Source: Nitrospirota bacterium (GTDB lineage: Bacteria > Nitrospirota > Thermodesulfovibrionia > Thermodesulfovibrionales > Dissulfurispiraceae). Taken from it: 41,947 nucleotides of DNA. Shown here piece by piece: positions 7,414-16,526 of this stretch (the first letter of the stretch is position 1; each line of letters starts with the position of its first letter). Made by a program: the position numbers and the translations under genes. Below the pieces are notes generated by a model. That model was not told where the DNA came from and searched no databases. It worked only from the letters and a program-made list of their open reading frames with translations. The stretch is from NCBI GenBank assembly GCA_040754455.1, contig JBFMCP010000012.1:27268-69214 (forward strand), in the 5' to 3' direction.

Positions 7414-10089
7414 ATGAGAAAGACTATCAGCCTATTGATTCTCGTGCTCATCATTGCGATATCGGGCACAGCGCTTGCGAAATCGACGTATCTGGATTCA
7501 TTTAACAGCACGTACGGTACAGCAGGAACCGTATTGAATACCTGCTCGGTATGCCATACTGCTGTCCCGGCGCTCAACCCTTACGGGACAGCCTATAAGA
7601 ACAGCGGGCATGTTTTCAGTACTATCCAAACGCTGGATTCTGACGGCGACGGCTCTACCAATATCGTTGAAATTAATGCGAGGACATTCCCGGGTGATCC
7701 GACAAGCAAGCCTGCTGCGACCGATACGACAGCGCCGACGATCACCGGCTTCAGCATTCCCTCGACATCGAGCTCATTGACGGTATCGATTACGACCTTC
7801 ACCGCTTCGGATAATGTCGGTGTAACCGGATATATGGTGAAGGAGTCGTCCACCGCACCGACTGCTTCCAGCACCGGGTGGAGCGCAACAAAGCCGGCAA
7901 GCTTTACCTTTGCTACCGCAGGCGCAAAGACCCTGTACGCATGGGTGAAGGATGCTGCCGGCAATATCTCTGCGAGCCGTAGCGCAGCGGTGACGATCAC
8001 GCTTGCTCCTGCTGCCGATACGACGAAGCCCACCGTAACCAGCTTCAGTATTCCTTCAAGTTCTACTTCATTGACGGTTTCGATCACGAGCTTTACCGCT
8101 TCTGATAATGTAGGAGTTACTGGGTATAGGGTGACCGAGTCGTCTGCAATTCCTACTTCCGGCTGGAGTGCGGCGCCGCCGACGAGCTATACCTTTGCCG
8201 CCGCAGGAACGAAGACATTGTATGCATGGGCGATCGATGCAGCGGGCAATGTTTCGGCGAGCCGCAGCGCATCGGTAACCATTACCACGAGCACCGGCGG
8301 CGGTACAGGCTCACAGCATGCGGGCAATACGTATAACGGCCCTGCAACCTGCCTCGCCTGCCATCAGGCAGAGGCAAATGAGGTGCACGGATCAGCCCAT
8401 TACCAGTGGCAGGGGCCGGCACTTTATATGGTCAATGGGGCGCCGCTGCAGGGTAAATTAAAGACCGCGGTCAACAGCTACTGCGGCAACATTATCGGCA
8501 ATTGGGGCGGGTGTTCGAGCTGTCACGTCGGGCTTGGCGCGCAGCCTACAGCTACTGTTTCGCAGTCCCAGCTTGAGAACATCGACTGCCTGATCTGTCA
8601 TCAGAAGGATTACAAGAGAAAGAAAGATGCTGCAACCGGTCTCGTGGTGCCTGATACGGCGAACATGACGATCACCATGGACCAGGCGGTGCAGACCGTG
8701 CACAAGCCGGTCAGATCCAACTGTCTGCAGTGCCATGCAAAGGGAGGTGGCGGCGATAACAACAAGCGCGGTGATATGGCGGTGGCCCATGCAAATACTT
8801 CGGATAGAAACTTTGATGTGCATATGGCCACAACGGGAGCGAACCTCGTCTGTCAGGCATGCCACACGACTCAAAATCATAAAATTGCAGGAAGAGGTTC
8901 CGATTTAAGAGAGACGGATATCGATGTGAAGATGAGCTGTGTCACCTCGACCTGCCATTCCACCAAGCTCTCCTCAACAGGGCATGTGACGGTGGATGTG
9001 AACAAGCACGTGAAGAAGGTGGCCTGCCAGACCTGTCATATTAAAACGTATGCACGGAATGCAGCCGACACCGCAGCCGACGAATCGACAGAGGTAATAA
9101 GAGATTGGCAGCATCCCGAGTGGGTAGCTTCCTTAAACCGCTGGGAGCCTACCATCACGAGGGCTAGTAACCTCAAGCCTGAGTATAAATTCTGGAACGG
9201 CACGAGCTGGGGCTACAGTCTCAATGACCCCGCCTCGATCGACCCTGCAACGGGAAGGTATCCGACCTCGCGGCCTCAGGGCGGCATCAATGACGCCAAC
9301 AGCAAGCTCTATCCCTTCAAGTATAAGATCGCCGTACGGCCCTATGCCCCGAGCATAGCACGGCTGATCCCTGTCGATACGAAAGTATATTTCGGGACCG
9401 GTAATCCCGATGCCGCGGTGAAATCTGCTCTTACGCTTATGGGCTACAGCGACACGGTGCCCTACACCTGGGTCGAGGACGATACCTATCAGCTCATCAC
9501 TCATGAGGTGATGCCGAAGGCAAATGCGTTGACCTGCAACGAATGCCATACCTCAACGGCGACCCAGATGAACCTGAAGCAGATGGGATATGTTCTGAAA
9601 GGTGCCGAGTCCTCGGTATGTACCCAGTGCCATGGACAGAAATCGAATCCGGGGTATCTGAAAGTGCATAAGATCCATGTAACCGACAAAAAGTACGATT
9701 GCTCGAAATGCCACAACTTCACCAGGAGCGGCGCGACGACGCCTCCTCCGACCCAGGGCGCGGCCGACATTTCAGTTGCCTCGACTACCGTTGATTACGG
9801 CAAGGTGGTCCTGAACACGACGAAAGAGAAGAAGATCAAAGTGTCCAACAAGGGCACTGCCACGCTCAATGTAACGAAGGTCGAGATCTCGGGCACGAAC
9901 GCCTCCCTGTTCAGTCTGGGAAGCAGCTCGAGCTTTACGGTCGCACCGGGCTCAAGCTACGGGCTCAAAGTGAGATTCAAACCGACCTCGACAGGGAAAA
10001 AGACGGCAACAGTGAACGTCTATTCCAATGATCCCGATACCCCGATCCTTTCTATTACTGTGAAAGGAGAGGGAGTGACGTCGCTGTAA
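7414..10089 (+). CDS. Secreted multiheme cytochrome c (11 heme motifs) with octaheme tetrathionate reductase-like core, two Ig-like repeats and a C-terminal Ig-like anchor-type domain
   Basis: GGAGG RBS before ATG 7414; signal peptide ending ALA; 10 CxxCH plus CVTSTCH; OTR-like IDCLICH, NCLQCHAKGGGGDNNKRGD, DVHM, VACQTCHI, SKLYPFK, ITHEV..KANALTCNECH. Confidence 0.88.
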   Translation: MRKTISLLILVLIIAISGTALAKSTYLDSFNSTYGTAGTVLNTCSVCHTAVPALNPYGTAYKNSGHVFSTIQTLDSDGDGSTNIVEINARTFPGDPTSKPAATDTTAPTITGFSIPSTSSSLTVSITTFTASDNVGVTGYMVKESSTAPTASSTGWSATKPASFTFATAGAKTLYAWVKDAAGNISASRSAAVTITLAPAADTTKPTVTSFSIPSSSTSLTVSITSFTASDNVGVTGYRVTESSAIPTSGWSAAPPTSYTFAAAGTKTLYAWAIDAAGNVSASRSASVTITTSTGGGTGSQHAGNTYNGPATCLACHQAEANEVHGSAHYQWQGPALYMVNGAPLQGKLKTAVNSYCGNIIGNWGGCSSCHVGLGAQPTATVSQSQLENIDCLICHQKDYKRKKDAATGLVVPDTANMTITMDQAVQTVHKPVRSNCLQCHAKGGGGDNNKRGDMAVAHANTSDRNFDVHMATTGANLVCQACHTTQNHKIAGRGSDLRETDIDVKMSCVTSTCHSTKLSSTGHVTVDVNKHVKKVACQTCHIKTYARNAADTAADESTEVIRDWQHPEWVASLNRWEPTITRASNLKPEYKFWNGTSWGYSLNDPASIDPATGRYPTSRPQGGINDANSKLYPFKYKIAVRPYAPSIARLIPVDTKVYFGTGNPDAAVKSALTLMGYSDTVPYTWVEDDTYQLITHEVMPKANALTCNECHTSTATQMNLKQMGYVLKGAESSVCTQCHGQKSNPGYLKVHKIHVTDKKYDCSKCHNFTRSGATTPPPTQGAADISVASTTVDYGKVVLNTTKEKKIKVSNKGTATLNVTKVEISGTNASLFSLGSSSSFTVAPGSSYGLKVRFKPTSTGKKTATVNVYSNDPDTPILSITVKGEGVTSL
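7723..8286 (+). repeat. Intragenic tandem duplication of a ~90-aa Ig-like domain
   Basis: Copies at about 7723-8001 and 8017-8286 share DTTxPTxTxFSIPS..SLTVSITxFTASDNVGVTGY...GWS...KTLYAW..DAAGNxSASRSAxVTIT. Confidence 0.9.
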
Positions 10090-10117
10090 CCCGATTACCC
10101 TTCCATCACTTCTCGTC

Positions 10118-10146
10118 CCCGCCCCGGCAACGGGGCGGGTTTTTTT
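10118..10146 (+). terminator. Rho-independent terminator
   Basis: CCCGCCCCG-GCAA-CGGGGCGGG followed by T7. Confidence 0.93.
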
Positions 10147-10225
10147 ATCTTCTCCTTCACACGGCGCAGAAGCAGAAATTGAGGTACAATAGTAGATAAG
10201 ATTTTGGGGGAAAGAGGGGGAATGT

Positions 10226-11473
10226 CTGAATACATATCTTATTTTTATACTTTGCCTTTATCTCGTAAAAGAGGGCTTTGAGTATTCTCTTCAGGTGCTC
10301 AATCTCAGGCACATGAAGAAATTCGGCGCGACGGTCCCTCCCGAGCTTGAAGGCCAGGTCGATGGAGCAGTCGTAAGAAAAACGCAGGAATACGAGGCCG
10401 AGAAAACCCGATTCAGCTTCATCTCCTCATTTTTTGGCAATGTAATAACCATTCTTTTCATCTTCGGCGGGCTGCTGAACCTCTACAATTCGTGGATTGC
10501 TTCACTGCACCTCTCATTTATTATCTCGGGATGGCTTTTCTTCCTGCTCTTATCGTATGCCGGAGAAGTTATTTCTGTTCCTTTCAGCCTCTACCGTACG
10601 TTCAGGATCGAGAATAAATACGGCTTCAACACGATGACCTTCAGATTGTGGGCTGCCGACTTCGTGAAGTCGTTCCTCATTTCAACGATACTGCTTTCCA
10701 TTGTGCTCTTTGCAGGCTTCTGGCTTATGCAAAAGAGCCCCGATTATTGGTGGCTCTGGATCTGGGCCTTTCTCTTTCTCTTCAGTATTTTTATCATGTA
10801 CGTAGCACCGTATGTTATTGAGCCGCTCTTCAATAAATTTACACCTGTTGATGATGCAATACTCAAGGAGCGGATTGTCCAACTAACCGAAAAGGCCGGT
10901 ATTCATGCACACAGAATTCTCAAGATCGACGCCTCAAGACGCAGCAGGCACACCAACGCCTACTTTACCGGCATCGGCAGGACGAAGAGAATCGTCCTCT
11001 ATGATACCTTGCTTGCCAGTATGAGTCAGAACGAGATTCTCTCTGTTCTGGCGCATGAGATCGGGCACTGGAAGAAAAAGCACCTCTTGAAGATGCTCGT
11101 TGCCCTTGAGCTCTTCTCTTTTATTACGCTTTATATAACGTTCAGGATCGTGCAGAGCGATGTGCTCCTTACGCTTTTCAATATAGAAAACAATACTCTT
11201 TTCTCAAAATTCGTGCTCCTCGGCTTTCTCGCCGGCATCATACTCGTGCCGCTTCGACCGCTGGTGAGCGCTTTCAGCAGGCGCCAAGAGCGGCAGGCCG
11301 ACCGCACCTCCTATGAGTTGACGGGCGATACCGGCAGCATGGTGAGCGCTCTGGTTAAACTTTCAAAGGAGAATCTCTCGAATCTCCATCCCCATCCCCT
11401 CTATGTCGCGATGTACTACTCCCATCCGCCGCTGATCGAAAGGATACGCTCTCTGAAAGGCTTTCAAAAGTAA
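10226..11473 (+). CDS. M48 family zinc metallopeptidase (Ste24-like); start uncertain (CTG 10226 or GTG 10295)
   Basis: NAYFTG, RIVLYDTL, LAHEIGH, ERQAD, HPHP, YSHPPLIERI. Frame is open back to a hydrophobic helix that follows GAGGGGG-N5-CTG. Confidence 0.9.
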   Translation: MNTYLIFILCLYLVKEGFEYSLQVLNLRHMKKFGATVPPELEGQVDGAVVRKTQEYEAEKTRFSFISSFFGNVITILFIFGGLLNLYNSWIASLHLSFIISGWLFFLLLSYAGEVISVPFSLYRTFRIENKYGFNTMTFRLWAADFVKSFLISTILLSIVLFAGFWLMQKSPDYWWLWIWAFLFLFSIFIMYVAPYVIEPLFNKFTPVDDAILKERIVQLTEKAGIHAHRILKIDASRRSRHTNAYFTGIGRTKRIVLYDTLLASMSQNEILSVLAHEIGHWKKKHLLKMLVALELFSFITLYITFRIVQSDVLLTLFNIENNTLFSKFVLLGFLAGIILVPLRPLVSAFSRRQERQADRTSYELTGDTGSMVSALVKLSKENLSNLHPHPLYVAMYYSHPPLIERIRSLKGFQK

Positions 11474-11528
11474 AACATAATAGTTCCTTGCATTCGCCAA
11501 AATGTAACCTCTTGGAGTATAATTTCTC

Positions 11529-12443
11529 ATGGGCGGCGTAGGATTTATTTACGACGATATCTTTCTGAAGCATGAGCCTCCGCAGTGGCATCCTGAGAGA
11601 AAAGATCGTTTAATTCATATCGTCAACATACTCAGAGCTACAGAATTATGGAGCAGGCTGCTCCATATCCCTCCACGAAGAGCTCGCTTTGAAGACATTG
11701 CCCTTGCCCACACCCCTGAGCACATTGAAAAAATAAAGAGCATCGGTACCGGTTGTCTCGATATGGATACCTTCACCTCGCAGGATAGCCTCGACGCGGC
11801 GCTCCATGCAGCAGGTGCGGTGATCGAGGCAGTGGAACGGTGCAAAACGGGAGATATCTCCCGGGCCTTCTGCGCCGTCCGTCCCCCGGGACATCATGCA
11901 GAGGCGCATTGCGCCATGGGATTCTGCCTTTTCAATAACATTGCCATCGGCGCACGCTATGCACGCATGATCGGCTATGAGCGGGTGTTTATCATCGATT
12001 TCGATGCGCACCACGGCAACGGCACCCAGCATATCTTTGAGGAGGACGACACGGTCTTTTATTTCAGTACGCACCAATACCCGTACTATCCTGAAACGGG
12101 AAAGGACATGGAGAGGGGCAAAGGTAAAGGTGAAGGGTTTACCTATAATGTGCAGATACTCACCGGCTCCGGGAACAAGGAATATCTGAGTGTCTACCAG
12201 GATATCGTTCCGGACCTCGTGAGAAGGTTCGGTCCGGATCTCCTGCTCGTTTCCGCAGGGTACGATATCCACGCCGACGATCCCTGCGCCGACATCAGGG
12301 TCACCAGTGATGGAATACGAGGCATTGTACAGAGCATACTTATCTCCTCGGCTGCACCGGTCGTCTTTACGCTCGAAGGCGGCTATGACCTTGATGCCCT
12401 TGCAGAGTCCGTGCGGATTACGATCGAAGAAATGCTCAAATGA
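11529..12443 (+). CDS. Zn-dependent histone deacetylase family (AcuC-like) lysine deacylase
   Basis: HPE, RPPGHHA, MGFCLFNN, DFDAHHGNGTQ, SAGYD, LEGGY. Confidence 0.95.
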   Translation: MGGVGFIYDDIFLKHEPPQWHPERKDRLIHIVNILRATELWSRLLHIPPRRARFEDIALAHTPEHIEKIKSIGTGCLDMDTFTSQDSLDAALHAAGAVIEAVERCKTGDISRAFCAVRPPGHHAEAHCAMGFCLFNNIAIGARYARMIGYERVFIIDFDAHHGNGTQHIFEEDDTVFYFSTHQYPYYPETGKDMERGKGKGEGFTYNVQILTGSGNKEYLSVYQDIVPDLVRRFGPDLLLVSAGYDIHADDPCADIRVTSDGIRGIVQSILISSAAPVVFTLEGGYDLDALAESVRITIEEMLK

Positions 12444-12453
12444 GAAATTGCCG

Positions 12454-15141
12454 TTACAGTTTCCTGCTGACTTTCACCATATCCTCATCGGTGTAGACCG
12501 GCTCGAAGCCGGTAATCTTTGCGAGATGCAGCATCCTGCTGTTGCTCCTCATGATCTCCATCCAGAGTGTCCTGATTCCCGACTCTCTCGCCACCTCGAT
12601 GCAGTAGTCGATGAGCATAGTACCGATGCCGTGCCCCTGCCATTCATCGGCGACGAGGATCGCCAGCTCTGCGGTCTCGAGATCGGGCATTCTGATGATG
12701 CGCACATCAGCGATGACCCTCTCCCTGCGAGAGTTCTCGCCCACCAACGCAACAAAGGCGATCTCCCTGTCGTAGTCGAGCTGGCAGTACCTGACGAGCT
12801 GCTCGTGGGGCATATCGGTGAGGTGCTGGCCGAAGCGGAACTTGATGGTTTCATCCGAGAGCGATTTGAAAAGATCGTAGATCATCGGTTCATCTTCGGG
12901 CCGTATAGGACGAATTGTCGCGGAGTCTCCGTCTTCGACGATGACCTGCTTTATATACCTGAAGGGGTAGGGGCAGATCGAGAGGTGGGGTGGGCAGAGC
13001 TCTTCGTAGGGACGCGCGCACCGCTCGCCCAGATACTCTTCAAGGAGCATATTGGCATCGAGGACAAAGGCCTCTTTTCCGGTGACCAGCAGCGGATTGA
13101 TGTCGAACTCCTTGACGCACGGAAAATCGGTAATGAGATAGGAAAAGCGTACCAGCATCTCTTCGAGCAGACGCAGGATCGTCGCCTGCGCAGGCTGCTC
13201 CTGGAGATGCTTATAGATCCTGGTCTCCTCCATGAGGCGCCGCGCCAGGGTCTGATTCAGCGGCGGCAGGCCCACGGAATAGTCGCCGAGCGCTTCGAGG
13301 AGCTCGCCGCCGGTGCCGAAGACGATGACCGAGCCGAAGGTCGGATCTTTTTTTGCGCCGATCACCAGCTCATAGCCGTGTTTCAGGATCATCGGCTGGA
13401 TCAGGACCCTCGCTTCAGGGTCTCCGCTTGCAACGGCGATGTCCTTAATTTTCCGGAATGCGGACTGCACCGCCTCCCTGCTCCGTAGATTGAAGAATAC
13501 TCCGCCCCGCTCGAGCTTGTGAACGATCTTCTCCGAATCGATCTTCAGCACCACAGGATAACCGATCTCCTCGGCGATATCCATGGCTTCGTCTTCATGC
13601 TCCGCCCTCCTTGTCGTGATGACCGGAATGCCGTAGGCGCGGAGTATCTCCTTTATCTCGTTCAGGTGCAGAACGGAACGGCTTTCCTCTAACGCCTTTT
13701 TGAAGATGTCGAGGGCTTTTTGGGTATCTGGTGTAAAATCCTTCAATATGGTTTCGGGTGTTTCCTGAAGAAGCTGCAGGTTGTAATCATAGCGGTACAT
13801 ATAGATGAAGCTCCGTACCGCCTGCTCCGGGGTGACGAAGGTGGGTATTCCCTTCTCGTTCAGATAATCCCGCGCTGCAAAAACCTGCTCGTCGCCCATC
13901 CAGACGGTGAAGAGCGGCGCAGCGGGGTTTTCCTTTAACGCAGCGACCACTTCTTCGGCGATTTCAACAGGATCAGCGCCGAAATAGGGAACATGGAGGA
14001 CCAGGACACCGTCTACACCCCGGTCCCTGAGACAGCTCCTGATGGCGGTCCGGTACTGCGCGGGAGAGGCGCTGGTAAAGAGATTGATCGGGTTCTGCAC
14101 CTCCTTTACTGCAGGCAGGTTCCGGTGCAGATCCCGCATGGTCTCATCGCTGAGCCGGGCCAGCTCGCCGTCCAGTCGCAGGAGCATGTCCACGGCGAGT
14201 ATCGCAGGAGCACCGGCATTAGTGACGATCGCGAGACGCTTCCCTTTGGGCCGTCGCTGTTTCGAGAGCGTCTCGACGATGTAGAAGAGGTCGAGGATCT
14301 CCTCGACCCGCACCGCACCCGCTCGCTTGATCGCAGCGTCGTATACTTTGTCCTCTCCGGCAAGGAACCCTGAATGGGTCAGTGCCACCTGTGCCGAGAT
14401 ATCGAATTTCCCGGATTTGACGACAACAATAGGCTTGCTCCGTGCAAAGCTCCGCACCGCAGCCATGAATTTGCGTCCCCGCCTGATATGGTCGAAATAG
14501 ATGATGATGGCCTTGGTTTCGGGGTCGACGCCGAGAAAATCGATGAGATCGGAAAAGCCGAGATCCAGTTTGGTCCCCAGCGATACAATGTAGCTGAATC
14601 CCACGTTCTTTCCCACCGCCCGGTCGAGGAGGGCAGCGGCGAGCGTCGCGCTCTGAGAGATGAAGGCGATATTACCGCGCTTGGGCATCTTCGGGAAAAG
14701 GCTGGCGTTCAGGCCGGTGCTCGGTCGTATGAACCCCAAGGTATTCGGGCCGAGCACACGGAAATCGTATCTTATCGAGATTTCCTTTATATGCGTCTCC
14801 AATGCCTGGATGTCCCGGGCACGGCTCTCGAAATCAGGGCTGATGACCGATACTCCTTTGACCCCTTTCCGTCCGCACTCCTCGAGCAGTGCAGGAAGCT
14901 CATCGACCGAATCGGCCAGGACCGCCAGGTCAATGGCGTGTGGAATATCCAGGACGGATGCATACGCCTGGACCCCCTGAACGGATTCGGATGAGGGGTT
15001 TACCGGGTAGACCACTCCCTTGAATCCCCTGCCGATCATATTGCTGAAAATGATCGAGCCCAATGCATCGGCTTTTCCACTCGCTCCGATGACCGCGATT
15101 TTCCGGGGATTGAAGAAGGCCTCAAGGTATTTAATTGACAT
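12454..15141 (-). CDS. Bifunctional acetate-CoA ligase-like / GNAT protein lysine acetyltransferase (Pat-like)
   Basis: CoA-binding IAVIGAS/VYPVNP, GPNTLG, SQSA, TNAGA, ATP-grasp DINPL, C-terminal GNAT IRPIRPEDE...WQGHGIG. Confidence 0.93.
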   Translation of the reverse strand: MSIKYLEAFFNPRKIAVIGASGKADALGSIIFSNMIGRGFKGVVYPVNPSSESVQGVQAYASVLDIPHAIDLAVLADSVDELPALLEECGRKGVKGVSVISPDFESRARDIQALETHIKEISIRYDFRVLGPNTLGFIRPSTGLNASLFPKMPKRGNIAFISQSATLAAALLDRAVGKNVGFSYIVSLGTKLDLGFSDLIDFLGVDPETKAIIIYFDHIRRGRKFMAAVRSFARSKPIVVVKSGKFDISAQVALTHSGFLAGEDKVYDAAIKRAGAVRVEEILDLFYIVETLSKQRRPKGKRLAIVTNAGAPAILAVDMLLRLDGELARLSDETMRDLHRNLPAVKEVQNPINLFTSASPAQYRTAIRSCLRDRGVDGVLVLHVPYFGADPVEIAEEVVAALKENPAAPLFTVWMGDEQVFAARDYLNEKGIPTFVTPEQAVRSFIYMYRYDYNLQLLQETPETILKDFTPDTQKALDIFKKALEESRSVLHLNEIKEILRAYGIPVITTRRAEHEDEAMDIAEEIGYPVVLKIDSEKIVHKLERGGVFFNLRSREAVQSAFRKIKDIAVASGDPEARVLIQPMILKHGYELVIGAKKDPTFGSVIVFGTGGELLEALGDYSVGLPPLNQTLARRLMEETRIYKHLQEQPAQATILRLLEEMLVRFSYLITDFPCVKEFDINPLLVTGKEAFVLDANMLLEEYLGERCARPYEELCPPHLSICPYPFRYIKQVIVEDGDSATIRPIRPEDEPMIYDLFKSLSDETIKFRFGQHLTDMPHEQLVRYCQLDYDREIAFVALVGENSRRERVIADVRIIRMPDLETAELAILVADEWQGHGIGTMLIDYCIEVARESGIRTLWMEIMRSNSRMLHLAKITGFEPVYTDEDMVKVSRKL

Positions 15142-15173
15142 AAGCTGCTCCTTACCGATGGTATACGCTTTTG

Positions 15174-15716
15174 CTACAACCCATCATTTTTAGCATATAC
15201 CGTTTTGAAGAATTCATCTACCATCTGCCTCCGTGCTTCGATAATCCTCTGAAATTGAGCGATAAAGGCGCGATAGGGACGGGCAGGTCCGTTCGACATA
15301 TGCTGGAGGAGAGGGTCGCAGAAGTACCAGTTGCACCTGAAGGGCCGCAGTGACCGCTCGATCGTACAACCATTAGGGGCAATAAACTGGCAGGATGCAC
15401 TGTCGTCAATGCCTTCACGGTAGCGAGGGGGTCTCAGGCCGAGGGCATGGATATAGATCAAGTCTTCATGATCGTAGTAGCCGTGCCGGTTGGCGCAGCA
15501 TACCTTGGTGCAGTGCGGACAGACCTCTGCGGTGTTCAGCTGAAGGAACGAATTGACCGCGTCGATGCCCTCTCTGATGCTTCGGGCATGCTCTTTCACC
15601 TTTGCCAGATCAGCATCATACCTTTCGAAAAAGTGGGCGAGGAGCGCCAGTGCGATGTCCCATTCAGCCCTGCTGTGCCAGGAGAGCCGGTCATTGAGCA
15701 AATGCAACAGCGTCAT
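15174..15716 (-). CDS. YkgJ-like cysteine-cluster (putative Zn or Fe-S) protein
   Basis: CPHCTKVCC...CQF..NGC.I...RPFRCNWYFC. Start trimmed to ATG 15716 because the longer ORF overlaps the divergent small gene. Confidence 0.75.
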   Translation of the reverse strand: MTLLHLLNDRLSWHSRAEWDIALALLAHFFERYDADLAKVKEHARSIREGIDAVNSFLQLNTAEVCPHCTKVCCANRHGYYDHEDLIYIHALGLRPPRYREGIDDSASCQFIAPNGCTIERSLRPFRCNWYFCDPLLQHMSNGPARPYRAFIAQFQRIIEARRQMVDEFFKTVYAKNDGL

Positions 15717-15755
15717 ACTTGTATGGTATAGTAAAACAGTACTTTTTATCATCAT

Positions 15756-15935
15756 ATGACTACAACGATGAACTGCAAAGAATGCAACGGAATGCTTAGA
15801 CTCGTCATCGGCTGAAAGTCGGTGACCCTGCGCTGCACGGCGTGCGGCCGGAGCTACCGGATTTCGGAATATATCGATGACATCGACGGTGATACTTGGG
15901 ACCAGATCGCTCAAAGACCAAGTAATCGCGCATAA
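15756..15935 (+). CDS. Dual-CxxC small selenoprotein (CxxC...U...CxxC), TGA 15813-15815 read as Sec
   Basis: Not in ORF track. MTTTMNCKECNGMLRLVIG-U-KSVTLRCTACGRSYRISEYIDDIDGDTWDQIAQRPSNRA*; alternative start 15768; SECIS-like hairpin follows; ends 12 nt before the next ATG. Confidence 0.82.
15832..15848 (+). promoter_or_regulatory. Putative bacterial SECIS element
   Basis: GCTGCAC-GGC-GTGCGGC, 7-bp stem with one GU pair, G-initial loop 23 nt after the TGA. Confidence 0.7.
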
Positions 15936-15947
15936 AGGATGTGAACA

Positions 15948-16514
15948 ATGGAAAAGCAGTTACAGAGAATAAGGGAAATCTTCAACGCTATTGAAACCAT
16001 ATATAGCGCAGCGCAAAACCACTACCGGTTCAGCTGCGAGGGGTGCACTGATAATTGCTGCGTAACGAAATTCCACCACCATACGCTTGTAGAAGAGCTC
16101 TATCTTGCCGAGGGGCTCAAGCGGCTCGATGAGGAAAAGAAGAAGGAAATCATCAAGCGGGCCGAAGAGGTGGCGGCGGTGCACCAGGCCTCCCCTGAAG
16201 ACGTGCGCGTGATGTGCCCGCTCAATGAGAACGGGTTGTGCATCATGTATGAACACCGTCCCATGATCTGCAGGATCCACGGCGTCCCATATGAGACGCA
16301 CAAAAGAGACACGTCGATCGAATACGGCATCGGCTGCCACCGCTTCATGTCGGAAAAGATACAGGAGGGTCTGAAATACTTTCCCCTCAACCGCACCATG
16401 TTCTATGTAGAGATGGCGAGGCTCGAGAAGGAGGTGCGGGAGCTCCTCAATTATACCGGTGATTACCGCAAGACGACGGCAGAGATGATCCTGAGCATTC
16501 TCCGCACCCCCTGA
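15948..16514 (+). CDS. YkgJ family cysteine-cluster protein
   Basis: CEGCTDNCC...CPLNENGLCIMYEHRPMICRIHG...C; AGGA RBS. Confidence 0.85.
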   Translation: MEKQLQRIREIFNAIETIYSAAQNHYRFSCEGCTDNCCVTKFHHHTLVEELYLAEGLKRLDEEKKKEIIKRAEEVAAVHQASPEDVRVMCPLNENGLCIMYEHRPMICRIHGVPYETHKRDTSIEYGIGCHRFMSEKIQEGLKYFPLNRTMFYVEMARLEKEVRELLNYTGDYRKTTAEMILSILRTP

Positions 16515-16526
16515 AGGAGGTCTGCC

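Noticed and set aside
12307..13488. 393-aa plus-strand ORF
   Set aside because: Antisense shadow of the Pat-like gene with no recognisable motifs.
15717..15914. N-terminal extension of the minus-strand YkgJ-like ORF
   Set aside because: It overlaps the better supported plus-strand CxxC-U-CxxC gene and has no motif.
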